Source: a virus
IMG/VR virus record: IMGVR_UViG_3300013233_000195
Span: 1 to 64,000 of that record
Direction: 5' to 3' (one strand)
DNA length: 64,000 nucleotides
Within the stretch, counting starts at the first letter, position 1. The number at the start of each line of letters is the position of its first letter. The position numbers and the translations under genes were made by a program. Below the pieces are notes generated by a model that worked only from the letters and a program-made list of their open reading frames with translations, had not been told where the DNA came from and made no database searches. Positions 40,109-48,066 of this stretch are shown here, one piece after another.

Positions 40109-40744
40109 ATGCAGTATCCAAAGATTCAATCTGTTTGGAAAAGAGATCCAAAAACGCCCAAGTATCTTTTGGAAGGCCAGTGGACCACACCAGAATTCGA
40201 GTACCTTAAGGATCTCTTCTGGGAGTGGACGGAGAAGGTTGATGGAATGAATATCCGAGTCATCTGGGACAAGGATAGCCCCCAGCCACTTCGGTTCGCT
40301 GGTAGGACGGACAGAGCACAGATCCCAACATTTCTACTAGACAAACTTTTTGAGTTGTTCCCACCAACTAAGTTTGCAGACTTTCCAGATCAGATTACTC
40401 TGTTTGGAGAAGGTTACGGTGAAAAGATTCAGAAGGGTGGGGGCAATTACGGCGAGCCTTCCTTTGTGCTTTTCGATGTTTTCTGTGGCATGTGGCTCAA
40501 AAGAGACAATGTTAATGACATCGCCGCAGTGCTAGGTATTCGATCTGTGCCAGTCGTAGGTTTTGGGACTCTTCCAGAACTGGTTAAGTATGCTGAAGCT
40601 GGTCCCGACTCATGCTGGGGAGATTTCACTGCTGAAGGATTTGTTGCCCGCCCAACATTTGAGTTGCTTGACAGAAGAGGAAACAGAATCATCACAAAGA
40701 TAAAGTACAAGGACTTTAATCATGGAGATTCAAATGTCGTTTGA
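40109..40744 (+). CDS. ATP-dependent RNA ligase, Rnl2-like nucleotidyltransferase domain
   Basis: YPKI, EKVDGMN (KxDG), FGEGYG, FDV, EGFV, KIK. Confidence 0.85.
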   Translation: MQYPKIQSVWKRDPKTPKYLLEGQWTTPEFEYLKDLFWEWTEKVDGMNIRVIWDKDSPQPLRFAGRTDRAQIPTFLLDKLFELFPPTKFADFPDQITLFGEGYGEKIQKGGGNYGEPSFVLFDVFCGMWLKRDNVNDIAAVLGIRSVPVVGFGTLPELVKYAEAGPDSCWGDFTAEGFVARPTFELLDRRGNRIITKIKYKDFNHGDSNVV

Positions 40745-40892
40745 TAGCGCTGTAAAGGTCTCTAGAATCATTATAACGGTTGCATCTGGTTTCACAGGCA
40801 TCTTCCTCCTTGGAGCGGCCCCAAAAACCATTCTAGGTATCTTCCTGCTTGCTTATGCGTTTATCCGCATCATAGGAGATCTCTACTTATGA
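40734..40892 (+). CDS. small membrane protein (52 aa)
   Basis: Manual translation MSFDSAVKVSRIIITVASG...; two hydrophobic segments. Confidence 0.5.
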   Translation: MSFDSAVKVSRIIITVASGFTGIFLLGAAPKTILGIFLLAYAFIRIIGDLYL

Positions 40893-40995
40893 AGACCAAA
40901 AAACCAACAATTCTAGACAATAACAACCTTACTAGAAAAGAGCGTAAGGCGGTTATACGAGCACTTTATCAACTCATCCAAAACTTAGAGGATCA

Positions 40996-41325
40996 ATGGC
41001 AATTATGGAAAAGATGACAAGTACACAAGAACAACCGACCACACTAAGACTTTGTCACCGCTCCGAAGCCCCCAAAACATCTTTGACTTTTGAGACCGCA
41101 TTACCAGTCTACAACAAGCTCAAGCCATTTCTAGCCCTTCGTAAAAACCTTCTATTCCCAGGGCAGTTTAGATCAGCCGGAAAACATCGTTGTTTGGCAA
41201 CCTCCGCAAGAATGTTTACCGAAGTCGTGTGGGCACCAAATCCAGCGCAAAAATACAGAAGGCTCAGATACGACGAGTTCTGCGCATACTACAACATTTA
41301 CCCTTTCAATGGTCGTGAATTTTAA
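40996..41325 (+). CDS. hypothetical protein
   Basis: ORF track, GAGG RBS. Confidence 0.55.
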   Translation: MAIMEKMTSTQEQPTTLRLCHRSEAPKTSLTFETALPVYNKLKPFLALRKNLLFPGQFRSAGKHRCLATSARMFTEVVWAPNPAQKYRRLRYDEFCAYYNIYPFNGREF

Positions 41326-42017
41326 TGCTTACCGTAGGTTCCTGCTTTACTGGCATCGGTGGTATTGATATTGGGCTCTCACTAGCAGGGCTCAAAGTCC
41401 TTTGGCAGATTGAAATAGATCCCCAATGCCAAAGAATCCTAAAATCCCATTGGCCCATCACAACACTTTACAAGGATATTTGCAATGTTCCAAAGACAAT
41501 CAAGCACGTTGACGTTATCACTGGAGGTATCCCCTGCCAACCCACAAGCCAAGCAGCCGCCAGAACCCACAGGGGGAAACATTGGATGTGGCCTCCCTTC
41601 TTCAACCTTATCAAAACTCTCAAACCCAAATACGTTATCATTGAAAATCCCCAAAGTCTTCGCTTCCGTCAAAGAGGACTTGGCGAAATACTCCAAGACT
41701 TGGCCCAAATCGGGTATGATGCGGAATGGTCTGTGTTACGAGCTTCCGACATTGGAGCACCACACAGAAGAGCCCGAATATGGGTGGTTGCCCACCCCCA
41801 CAGCAAAAGCAAACCAGACAGCACCATCCATGCAGAAGCACCGCTCCTGTCGCAATTTACAAAGACTGTTCCCTGGCCCGATCCACCCAAACATATTCGA
41901 ATGGCTTCTTGGGTTCCCCATAGATATGACAGACTTAGAATGCTTGGAAACGCGGCCATGCCCGCCATGGCCCACACAATAGGAGAATACATTCTCAATC
42001 ATAATGGAGAATCATGA
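41325..42017 (+). CDS. DNA (cytosine-5) methyltransferase, main (alpha-like) polypeptide
   Basis: FTGIGG (I), GIPCQ (IV), ENP (VI), HRRARIW (VIII), LGNA (X); no motif IX in this frame. Confidence 0.9.
   Translation: MLTVGSCFTGIGGIDIGLSLAGLKVLWQIEIDPQCQRILKSHWPITTLYKDICNVPKTIKHVDVITGGIPCQPTSQAAARTHRGKHWMWPPFFNLIKTLKPKYVIIENPQSLRFRQRGLGEILQDLAQIGYDAEWSVLRASDIGAPHRRARIWVVAHPHSKSKPDSTIHAEAPLLSQFTKTVPWPDPPKHIRMASWVPHRYDRLRMLGNAAMPAMAHTIGEYILNHNGES
41716..41982 (+). CDS. nested alternative-frame beta-like subunit of the C5 methyltransferase
   Basis: WLPTP and PNIFEWLLGFP (motif IX-like) in the +1 frame; frame is open from 41485, so the start is uncertain. Confidence 0.7.
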   Translation: MMRNGLCYELPTLEHHTEEPEYGWLPTPTAKANQTAPSMQKHRSCRNLQRLFPGPIHPNIFEWLLGFPIDMTDLECLETRPCPPWPTQ

Positions 42018-42238
42018 AACCTTTTAGAATTGTCCACACAAAGGAAACCAATCATTATGAAATCCGTGAAATCGTCTATGACACAAACAAGAACATTGTA
42101 AACTCTTTTCCCACAATCCTTGTAGAAGCAACACAAGAAGAACTCTTACAAAAGGTTAAAGATATAATGGAAGCGTTCTCCTCCCCAGTTTTACACTCTT
42201 CACCACTACATAGACGTAGTAGGCTAAAAGAACACTAA
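42014..42238 (+). CDS. hypothetical protein
   Basis: YEIREIVYD; ATGA coupling. Confidence 0.6.
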   Translation: MKPFRIVHTKETNHYEIREIVYDTNKNIVNSFPTILVEATQEELLQKVKDIMEAFSSPVLHSSPLHRRSRLKEH

Positions 42239-42280
42239 AGATACTGAGATAACCATTATCATCACACAAAGGATAATAAA

Positions 42281-42499
42281 ATGAGAACAAAACAAGATCA
42301 ACTATGCCCGCGCTGTATGGGCACAGGAACCTACATATTTCCAGGCGACTCGACCCCAACCTCCTGTGAGTGGTGCCATACCACTGGCAAGGTAGACCGG
42401 TACACAAAAGATAGGTGTATAGAGTTCTACAGACAACAGAAACAAAAGAAGCACATCTCCACCCTCCCAATCCATTTGAGGCCAGCACAGGGCAAATGA
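42281..42499 (+). CDS. small DnaJ-type zinc-finger-like protein
   Basis: CPRCMGTG...CEWCHTTG. Confidence 0.6.
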   Translation: MRTKQDQLCPRCMGTGTYIFPGDSTPTSCEWCHTTGKVDRYTKDRCIEFYRQQKQKKHISTLPIHLRPAQGK

Positions 42500-42554
42500 G
42501 GGGGACTACAAGCGATTCTCACACAAGAGTTGAGCACAGGGAGTGGCCCCCGCT

Positions 42555-42700
42555 TGTGCTCGTTAGTATAACATACCATTTTTTTGAGCTAAATTTACAT
42601 TGGCTAATTTTTTTTGAGCTTCTGTGCTCTCACCTGTGCTCTTTAGTGTAACATACCATTTTTTTGAGTCATTTTTATGGTGGCTATTTTTTAGCTTAGT
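42555..42700. repeat. two imperfect direct repeats, 80-bp period
   Basis: TGTGCTCnTTAGTrTAACATACCATTTTTTTGAG at 42555 and 42635, each followed by TGGCTA and a T run. Confidence 0.85.
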
Positions 42701-42813
42701 TCATGCCACCTTGAGATTTCCGATTTTGGAGTAAAAGATATCTATATCTTTTTATCCGGAGTTGGACTGGCGGAATGCCCCACGCGCGCGTTGCGCGTGG
42801 GGCCCGCCCCTAC

Positions 42814-43491
42814 CTACTCCGCGTCGTCGTCCGCGTCGTCGTCCGCGTCGTCGTCCGCGTCGTCGTCCGCGTCGTCGTCCGCGTCGATCAACGCGCGGAC
42901 GGCCGATTCGGACGCATCCCGCTCCAGCGTATCAAGCTGGCGGGCCAGCGTTTCGTGATCGGCGATCACGCGTCCCAAAAGCGTGTCGTCGTCCCCAGTA
43001 GGACGTTCCAAGAGAGAACGAACCCCGCGCAATGCCGACAGATAGAGTTTGTCATGATTCAGAACCGGATACCAGATAGACTTTTGAACCCCCTCCATCG
43101 CAAGCCGGGCCTCAGGCTTGTGGGCAAGGTGCGCAGGGAGTCCGGAAACAATCGCGGCTTGCGCCGTCCATCGGGCGGTTTTTCCCGCCGCGTGATAGGC
43201 GACTAGCCGACATTCTCGAAGTACTGTATCGGCCTCTTTTCCACCTACCTTGTAGGCGTGAATCTCCACCTCCTGCCCCTTGGGTTTGCGTCCACGCCGC
43301 GTAGCTTTGCCTGATACTCCCTCCGCGATCTTTCGGATTGCGTCAAGGGGATCATCATCGGCCACCATTCCGAGAATCCCGACACCGGCCAAGCCAATCA
43401 TGCCGACCAAGGTGCCAGCGTTGACGACTTGCGCCACAAGCTCCAACGCGAGCAACGCAAGAGCAAAAACGAGGAGCCAAGAACTACGCAT
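42814..43491 (-). CDS. membrane-anchored hypothetical protein with (DDAD)n acidic tail
   Basis: GGAGG RBS, hydrophobic N-terminus, GC-rich DNA. Confidence 0.65.
   Translation of the reverse strand: MRSSWLLVFALALLALELVAQVVNAGTLVGMIGLAGVGILGMVADDDPLDAIRKIAEGVSGKATRRGRKPKGQEVEIHAYKVGGKEADTVLRECRLVAYHAAGKTARWTAQAAIVSGLPAHLAHKPEARLAMEGVQKSIWYPVLNHDKLYLSALRGVRSLLERPTGDDDTLLGRVIADHETLARQLDTLERDASESAVRALIDADDDADDDADDDADDDADDDAE
42818..42886. repeat. 12-bp tandem repeat, 5.75 copies
   Basis: (TCCGCGTCGTCG)x5 plus 9 bp. Confidence 0.95.
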
Positions 43492-43494
43492 AAC

Positions 43495-43683
43495 CTACCT
43501 TCCTTCCATGCGCCGACAATCGGCGCGCTTGCGGGCCCTCACGGTCCCTACGATAGGGACCATGAACAACCCGATCAATCCTAGCAGGCTACAACCCACT
43601 AGTGCCACGACTACGCCGCCCCTTGCGCCGTCGCCGTGGACTAGTGCATAGTCCATGCCAGACTCTATCCCGTTGATTTTCAA
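43495..43683 (-). CDS. small membrane protein
   Basis: One hydrophobic segment and basic tail; probable start 43656. Confidence 0.5.
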   Translation of the reverse strand: MKINGIESGMDYALVHGDGARGGVVVALVGCSLLGLIGLFMVPIVGTVRARKRADCRRMEGR

Positions 43684-43943
43684 CGACTTAGGTTTTCGCC
43701 GATCCGTCGATCCGTCAAGCCCACCGACACCATCCCGACGGCCAAAACGGCGTAACTCGTTGTCACGTAAGGAGTTAGGCCATTTTCGACCAGCGTAAAG
43801 AATTCCGTCAACGGTAAAATCGACCGAAACTCGGAAACGCCGAATTCAGCCCCTACAGGCCGAATACGCCCATTCTGCGGTAGGTCCAGAATTATCGAAA
43901 GATTCCGTCGATCTGGCCTAACTTGAGAAAAATCAACGGGTTA
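43666..43943. promoter_or_regulatory. three 25-bp IHF-like dyad sites
   Basis: 43666-43690, 43753-43777, 43919-43943, each TA...TTA; AATCAACGGGTTA (43931-43943) matches WATCAANNNNTTR exactly. Confidence 0.65.
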
Positions 43944-43979
43944 CGAGGTTCCAGGTTTCGGCTGGCGGATCGGACGGTT

Positions 43980-44064
43980 TGGCACGATTCTTGCTCAAAT
44001 CTCGAGGGTTTTTTTTGGCACGATTCTTGCTCTGGCACGATTCTTGCTCTGGCACGATTCTTGC
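43980..44064 (+). promoter_or_regulatory. cluster of four identical sigma54 (-24/-12) boxes
   Basis: TGGCACGATTCTTGC at 43980, 44016, 44033, 44050 (TGGCAC-N5-TTGC; last three on a 17-bp period). Confidence 0.8.
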
Positions 44065-44542
44065 TCAACGGCCAAATGATAATAGATTCCCATTCTCAAC
44101 CCCCCCCATGCTAAACATATCTATAGTGTATTCTATACTGTATATTGCTTATCTTATTTCTAATCTTATATTCCAATCCAGTCTTCTAATATTCCAGCCA
44201 GTTATTAGTATTCTATTCCGATCTCCCCAATTTCTTGTTAGAATGGGGCCAAAATCGACTAGAATTTCTTATATTGATAGTATGAGCCCAATACAGTCAA
44301 TATAGCGTTTTTCACCTCCCCAAAATGCGTATATTGATAGATAGCTGGGATTATTCCTAAAGGAAACGCACTTTAGCCTTTTCAGAACCGCTATAATCTT
44401 TGTATTTCACAGGGGATAATATCAGGCTAATAACAGTATTATTTATCGCCACAATCAACCGATTTCGGTTGCCATCGCCAGTAAGGCGTCTAGCTTGCGC
44501 TCTAAGCGATTTTCATCTTTGGGGATGCCTGGAGTACCCTAT

Positions 44543-44644
44543 TCGACGATCGTCGATCCTGACGCAATTCAGGGCCGTTCCCGTCGATTCTCCGCCCGTG
44601 ATCGGGACGCAATTCCCGATTCCGGGAATCTGGACGCGATACCA
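44543..44644. other. cluster of palindromes and hairpins sharing a loop sequence
   Basis: TCGACGATCGTCGA; CCTGA-CGCAAT-TCAGG; ATCGGGA-CGCAAT-TCCCGAT; GATTCC-G-GGAATC; TGGA-CGCGAT-ACCA. Confidence 0.7.
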
Positions 44645-44658
44645 CAATATGAATATAC

Positions 44659-44698
44659 AAAAAAAATAGGCGCTAGGAGGAATCCCCTAGCACCTATT
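44659..44698 (-). terminator. intrinsic terminator
   Basis: Minus strand AATAGGTGCTAGGGGATTCCTCCTAGCGCCTATT followed by a T tract. Confidence 0.8.
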
Positions 44699-44717
44699 AC
44701 TATAGAAGACTAGATTA

Positions 44718-44939
44718 CTAGTCTTCTATCCTCCTGTAGGAAAAGCACGCGCAAAGCTCCTCAGGATCATACGACTCTCTGTATCTCTTTGCAAGAGCCA
44801 GAGCTTCCCTGTGCGTGTCCACAATCCCGATCCGGATTTCCCCATCTGGGACTTCCATATAGACTTCAATCATCTTCTTCCTCCTCCAGAAGATCATGAA
44901 CCGCCCCACAGTCTTCACAAATGGCACAAGTAATGCCAT
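44718..44939 (-). CDS. hypothetical protein
   Basis: ORF track; true start probably MIEVYM. Confidence 0.55.
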   Translation of the reverse strand: MALLVPFVKTVGRFMIFWRRKKMIEVYMEVPDGEIRIGIVDTHREALALAKRYRESYDPEELCACFSYRRIED

Positions 44940-45219
44940 CTACGAGCCTTCCGCCGCACATACAATACCGGATGGTATTGCTATTCTCTTCGTCCAGTGC
45001 ATTCCGAATTGAATGATTCAATTCGGAGAGCTTTTCTAGCCCCACAATATGGGCAGGAAGAATATACTCCTCTTCCTGCCCATAGGGGATTCCGGTTCCT
45101 TCAGCCATTGTTATTCTCCAAATCGTGAAGGAACGAGTCAACAACGTTTGCGGCCTTTTCTTCCACACCATATCTTTGCAGATACTCGTGGAGAATATGG
45201 TTGATAGAATCATCATCAT
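44866..45219 (-). CDS. hypothetical zinc-ribbon protein
   Basis: CMCGG...CEDCG; true start probably MAEGTG. Confidence 0.55.
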   Translation of the reverse strand: MMMILSTIFSTSICKDMVWKKRPQTLLTRSFTIWRITMAEGTGIPYGQEEEYILPAHIVGLEKLSELNHSIRNALDEENSNTIRYCMCGGRLVDGITCAICEDCGAVHDLLEEEEDD

Positions 45220-45568
45220 CCATATCCATAAGCATGAAGAGGCTGTTTTCCAAATCGTCCTTCAATTCCGATTCTTCCAATTCTCCATGCTTATACGCTT
45301 CCCCGAGAAGATCCGCAAGGAAATGGAAAGAACTAACGATGAGAGTCCGAAAAGTCTTATCGTCAATTCCACTATCTAGGCCAGCCTCATGCCCATTGTG
45401 AAGAAAACTCACAAAAGGCATGAGAGAACTTGTCAATTGGAGCCACAATCTTAGTGACTCCAAAGAATGATCTTTGTTCATTCTAAGCCTCCTTCCTTTC
45501 CTCCTGGAGAGCCACAATGATATTCTGAGTGATAAGATCACACTCCTTATCACTAAGGACATCCTCAT
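45101..45568 (-). CDS. acidic hypothetical protein
   Basis: ORF track; probable start MNKDH after GGAGG. Confidence 0.6.
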   Translation of the reverse strand: MRMSLVIRSVILSLRISLWLSRRKGRRLRMNKDHSLESLRLWLQLTSSLMPFVSFLHNGHEAGLDSGIDDKTFRTLIVSSFHFLADLLGEAYKHGELEESELKDDLENSLFMLMDMDDDDSINHILHEYLQRYGVEEKAANVVDSFLHDLENNNG

Positions 45569-45634
45569 ACGAATACAGCAGACTTTGCAAATCGCCCATA
45601 AACTGGGCGATTCTGAGAGACAGATCCTGTTCCA

Positions 45635-45839
45635 TTACATATCCTCCCTGCGGCCATAAAGGCCCAAAAGAGTAAGAATGAGACTATCCACAACGTATCT
45701 AACGTCAGTGTTATCATGCTTGGCACACAGGTCCAGAAGACTAAGCACAATTTGAACAAGTCTTCCAGTAACAGGTTCACTATCAATGCTAATAGGAAGA
45801 GTCAGAGTATAGACTTCAGTCTTGGTGCGAAGCTCCATA
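45635..45839 (-). CDS. hypothetical protein
   Basis: Start MELRTK after AGGAGG within the 45635-46012 frame. Confidence 0.5.
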
Positions 45840-45940
45840 TCTAACCTCCTATGGAAAGAGAAAAGAGAAAAAGTAATATCTAATAGGCTTTGCAAGCCTA
45901 CGCTCCAAGTATCGACCCGGACCCGGGGGCCGGTCAAGCT

Positions 45941-45958
45941 TGTAAAAACTTTTTTACA
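45941..45958. promoter_or_regulatory. palindromic operator TGTAAA-N6-TTTACA
   Basis: Exact match to the TyrR/PhhR-box pattern; 11 bp before a sigma54 box. Confidence 0.55.
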
Positions 45959-45969
45959 ATCGGCCCGGC

Positions 45970-45984
45970 TGGCACGATTCTTGC
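45970..45984 (+). promoter_or_regulatory. sigma54 box
   Basis: TGGCACGATTCTTGC. Confidence 0.75.
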
Positions 45985-46073
45985 GGGGCCGGCCAGATGG
46001 CCTACTGAACAAACGTATAGTAAAATTTGAAAATCCTTTTTATTGATTGATTTTTTCCCCTTCCGCTGTTTAT

Positions 46074-46247
46074 CTTATAATCTCTTTTATATCGCCTAGC
46101 TTATCTTATGGGGGATTTCTTATCGGGTGTCTTATCTCTAATGAGGCTTCATATCGGCTATCTTATTCTATCATGCTTGACTCTTATCTTATCGGGGCTC
46201 TTATAGTGGTTTATATCTTATAATGGAATTCTTATCGGGTGTCTTAT
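46074..46247. repeat. CTTAT-rich non-coding tract
   Basis: About 12 CTTAT pentamers; TTCTTATCGGGTGTCTTAT twice (46117, 46229) and a variant near 46187. Confidence 0.8.
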
Positions 46248-46250
46248 AAT

Positions 46251-46285
46251 AAAAAAGGGGATAAGAGCTTTCGCTCTTATCCCCT
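46251..46285 (-). terminator. intrinsic terminator
   Basis: Perfect stem GGGGATAAGAGC-GAAA-GCTCTTATCCCC followed by T6 on the minus strand. Confidence 0.9.
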
Positions 46286-46306
46286 GTGAGAGAAGAAAGG
46301 CTTATA

Positions 46307-46738
46307 TTAGGAAAGCCTCTCCGCAAGATTGTTGAGATCCTCAAGCATTCCCTTCCCTTGCGTATTCGCAAGAATGGTGTTCATTTCCTGAGCATCGAAG
46401 TTTCCTTCACTATCAGTGAAGAGAAACATCGTAAGAGCAGTAGCAAAGGAAAGCTGAACGTTGAGAGGATTTCCTTCTTCATCCGGAAGAGTCTTTTGAA
46501 TGACAGGAAAACGCTGTACGTTTCCCCTACCCTTGCCAGGAAACTTGATAGTAAGCTGCAAGGAAGGAATCTCTTCTCCTGTTTCCGTATCAGGCTTGGA
46601 AACAAGCTGAGCGGAAAGATACTTATGGGGCGATGGGTATTCCTTATGGACAGTGATATTGCTCTGTGATTCTGCCTTATGATTCTCGGGGACTTCAGGA
46701 ATGAATCCCAGCATTGTAATTCCTTTCATTGTGTTCAT
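46307..46738 (-). CDS. hypothetical protein
   Basis: Followed by a strong terminator; probable start MLGF after AAGGA. Confidence 0.7.
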   Translation of the reverse strand: MNTMKGITMLGFIPEVPENHKAESQSNITVHKEYPSPHKYLSAQLVSKPDTETGEEIPSLQLTIKFPGKGRGNVQRFPVIQKTLPDEEGNPLNVQLSFATALTMFLFTDSEGNFDAQEMNTILANTQGKGMLEDLNNLAERLS

Positions 46739-47217
46739 TGTGTTGTGCTATGACCCTAATAGCTTGTGAAACCGTTTTACCATGCTTCACAAGGTATAAG
46801 AACATTGGACGCTTCTGGAGAATGCTTTGTTTCTCTTTCATATCTTCCTTATGAGAAGAAGGGAAGAGACTGTATTTCTATAGAATTCCTCCTATTTTGA
46901 ATTGATTAGATATTCCTTGGATGCTGGGCGATCCAGCGTATGAATTCCGGAAGATTCTTATTCTTTGTTTTCCTTTTTGTTCCCTTTCGGAAACACTTAG
47001 CGGATTTGTGCGATGCGTGGGTGTATTTCAGGTTTCTATCTCTTTTGGACTTTTGCTGTCTTCTTTTCATGATGTTCCTTCTGTCGTTGGAAATGACTCG
47101 AACAAAGGAAAATCCTTTCACCAAACTTATAGATGTGGTGTGTTGCGATGTTATCACAGCGGGAACAGTAGTATGTTCCATTGATCTTTGTGACTGGAGC
47201 TTGCCTTGTGTTGTATC

Positions 47218-47814
47218 TCATTTCTCCTCCGCAGTAAGTATAAGTCTGATTGCCGCATTCCAATCTATTGCGTTTGATTCACACATTTTTCGGACAACTG
47301 GATTGAGCTTGAGAAACCCCTCAATAAAGTGATATTGATCCTTTGTCTTGGTAAAGACCTCATCCCTGCAAAAGTGAAGGTGCAGGAAACTTCCAAAGAA
47401 ATGAATTGAAATGGTCTCAAACAGAGAACTGTTATCTTCTTTCTCAGAGGGAAAGCAGACATTCTTTTTCAACCCCTTTCTAAGGTCAATTCTAAGGCCC
47501 TCTTCCATACCCTTTTCTTTGGGAAGCCTTACAAAGACCGTCCACTCACAAGCAATTGTTGGAAAGAACCTACTCTTTCCACCGAGAAAACACTCACAAT
47601 CATAGAAGTCCAGAAGATCCCTGACCACATTTAGCACCCATGCACCGCTGATAAGCATTATTCTTCTCCCTTTCTTGTGTCCACTGATTCGACTTGAAGC
47701 AGAGTTGGTGGCACAACCCAAATCCCTTTTGTTTTGTCTTCCCTTACTTTGACGTTCTTGACACAAACCTTTATAACTGTCCCATGATAAACTTCCCTTC
47801 TCTTGTGAAGCCAA
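47218..47814 (-). CDS. hypothetical protein
   Basis: ORF track; probable start MLISG. Confidence 0.55.
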   Translation of the reverse strand: MASQEKGSLSWDSYKGLCQERQSKGRQNKRDLGCATNSASSRISGHKKGRRIMLISGAWVLNVVRDLLDFYDCECFLGGKSRFFPTIACEWTVFVRLPKEKGMEEGLRIDLRKGLKKNVCFPSEKEDNSSLFETISIHFFGSFLHLHFCRDEVFTKTKDQYHFIEGFLKLNPVVRKMCESNAIDWNAAIRLILTAEEK

Positions 47815-47963
47815 GAGACTCTTGAACCGACATGAATGGTCTCTCTTACTTTCTGAAGAGCCCTATCCTGGAGCAATTGATTGATTACAATTCTCTCGGA
47901 TGGCAAGAGATTCTTTCCATGTTGCAGAATAATGGAATAAACCTCTGTGAAAGCGGTACTCAT
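47658..47963 (-). CDS. hypothetical protein with SH3/KOW-like C-half
   Basis: VGSRVSW...GTVIKV..KNVKV...W.VPPTLL; GGGGAGG RBS. Confidence 0.65.
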   Translation of the reverse strand: MSTAFTEVYSIILQHGKNLLPSERIVINQLLQDRALQKVRETIHVGSRVSWLHKRREVYHGTVIKVCVKNVKVREDKTKGIWVVPPTLLQVESVDTRKGEE

Positions 47964-48066
47964 TACTTTCCTCCCCTACTGTGAAGGTTTGAAAAGAAGT
48001 TACTCCAGCCTCTTATGAGGAGAAGTATGACAAAAATGTAGATGGCAATGCCAAAAAGGAAGCGCA

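Noticed and set aside
42762-43206. Plus-strand ORFs with (RPRR)n or (RVVV)n repeats
   Set aside because: Shadow frames of the 12-bp repeat; the minus-strand ORF has the clear RBS
43980-44064. CRISPR array
   Set aside because: The repeats are 15-17 bp and mostly contiguous, with no unique spacers
44558-44620. Guanidine-II (mini-ykkC) riboswitch
   Set aside because: The loops are not ACGR tetraloops, and no gene follows
43923-44713. Plus-strand ORFs downstream of the sigma54 array
   Set aside because: TTG starts without a clear RBS and low-complexity translations of repeats; treated as non-coding
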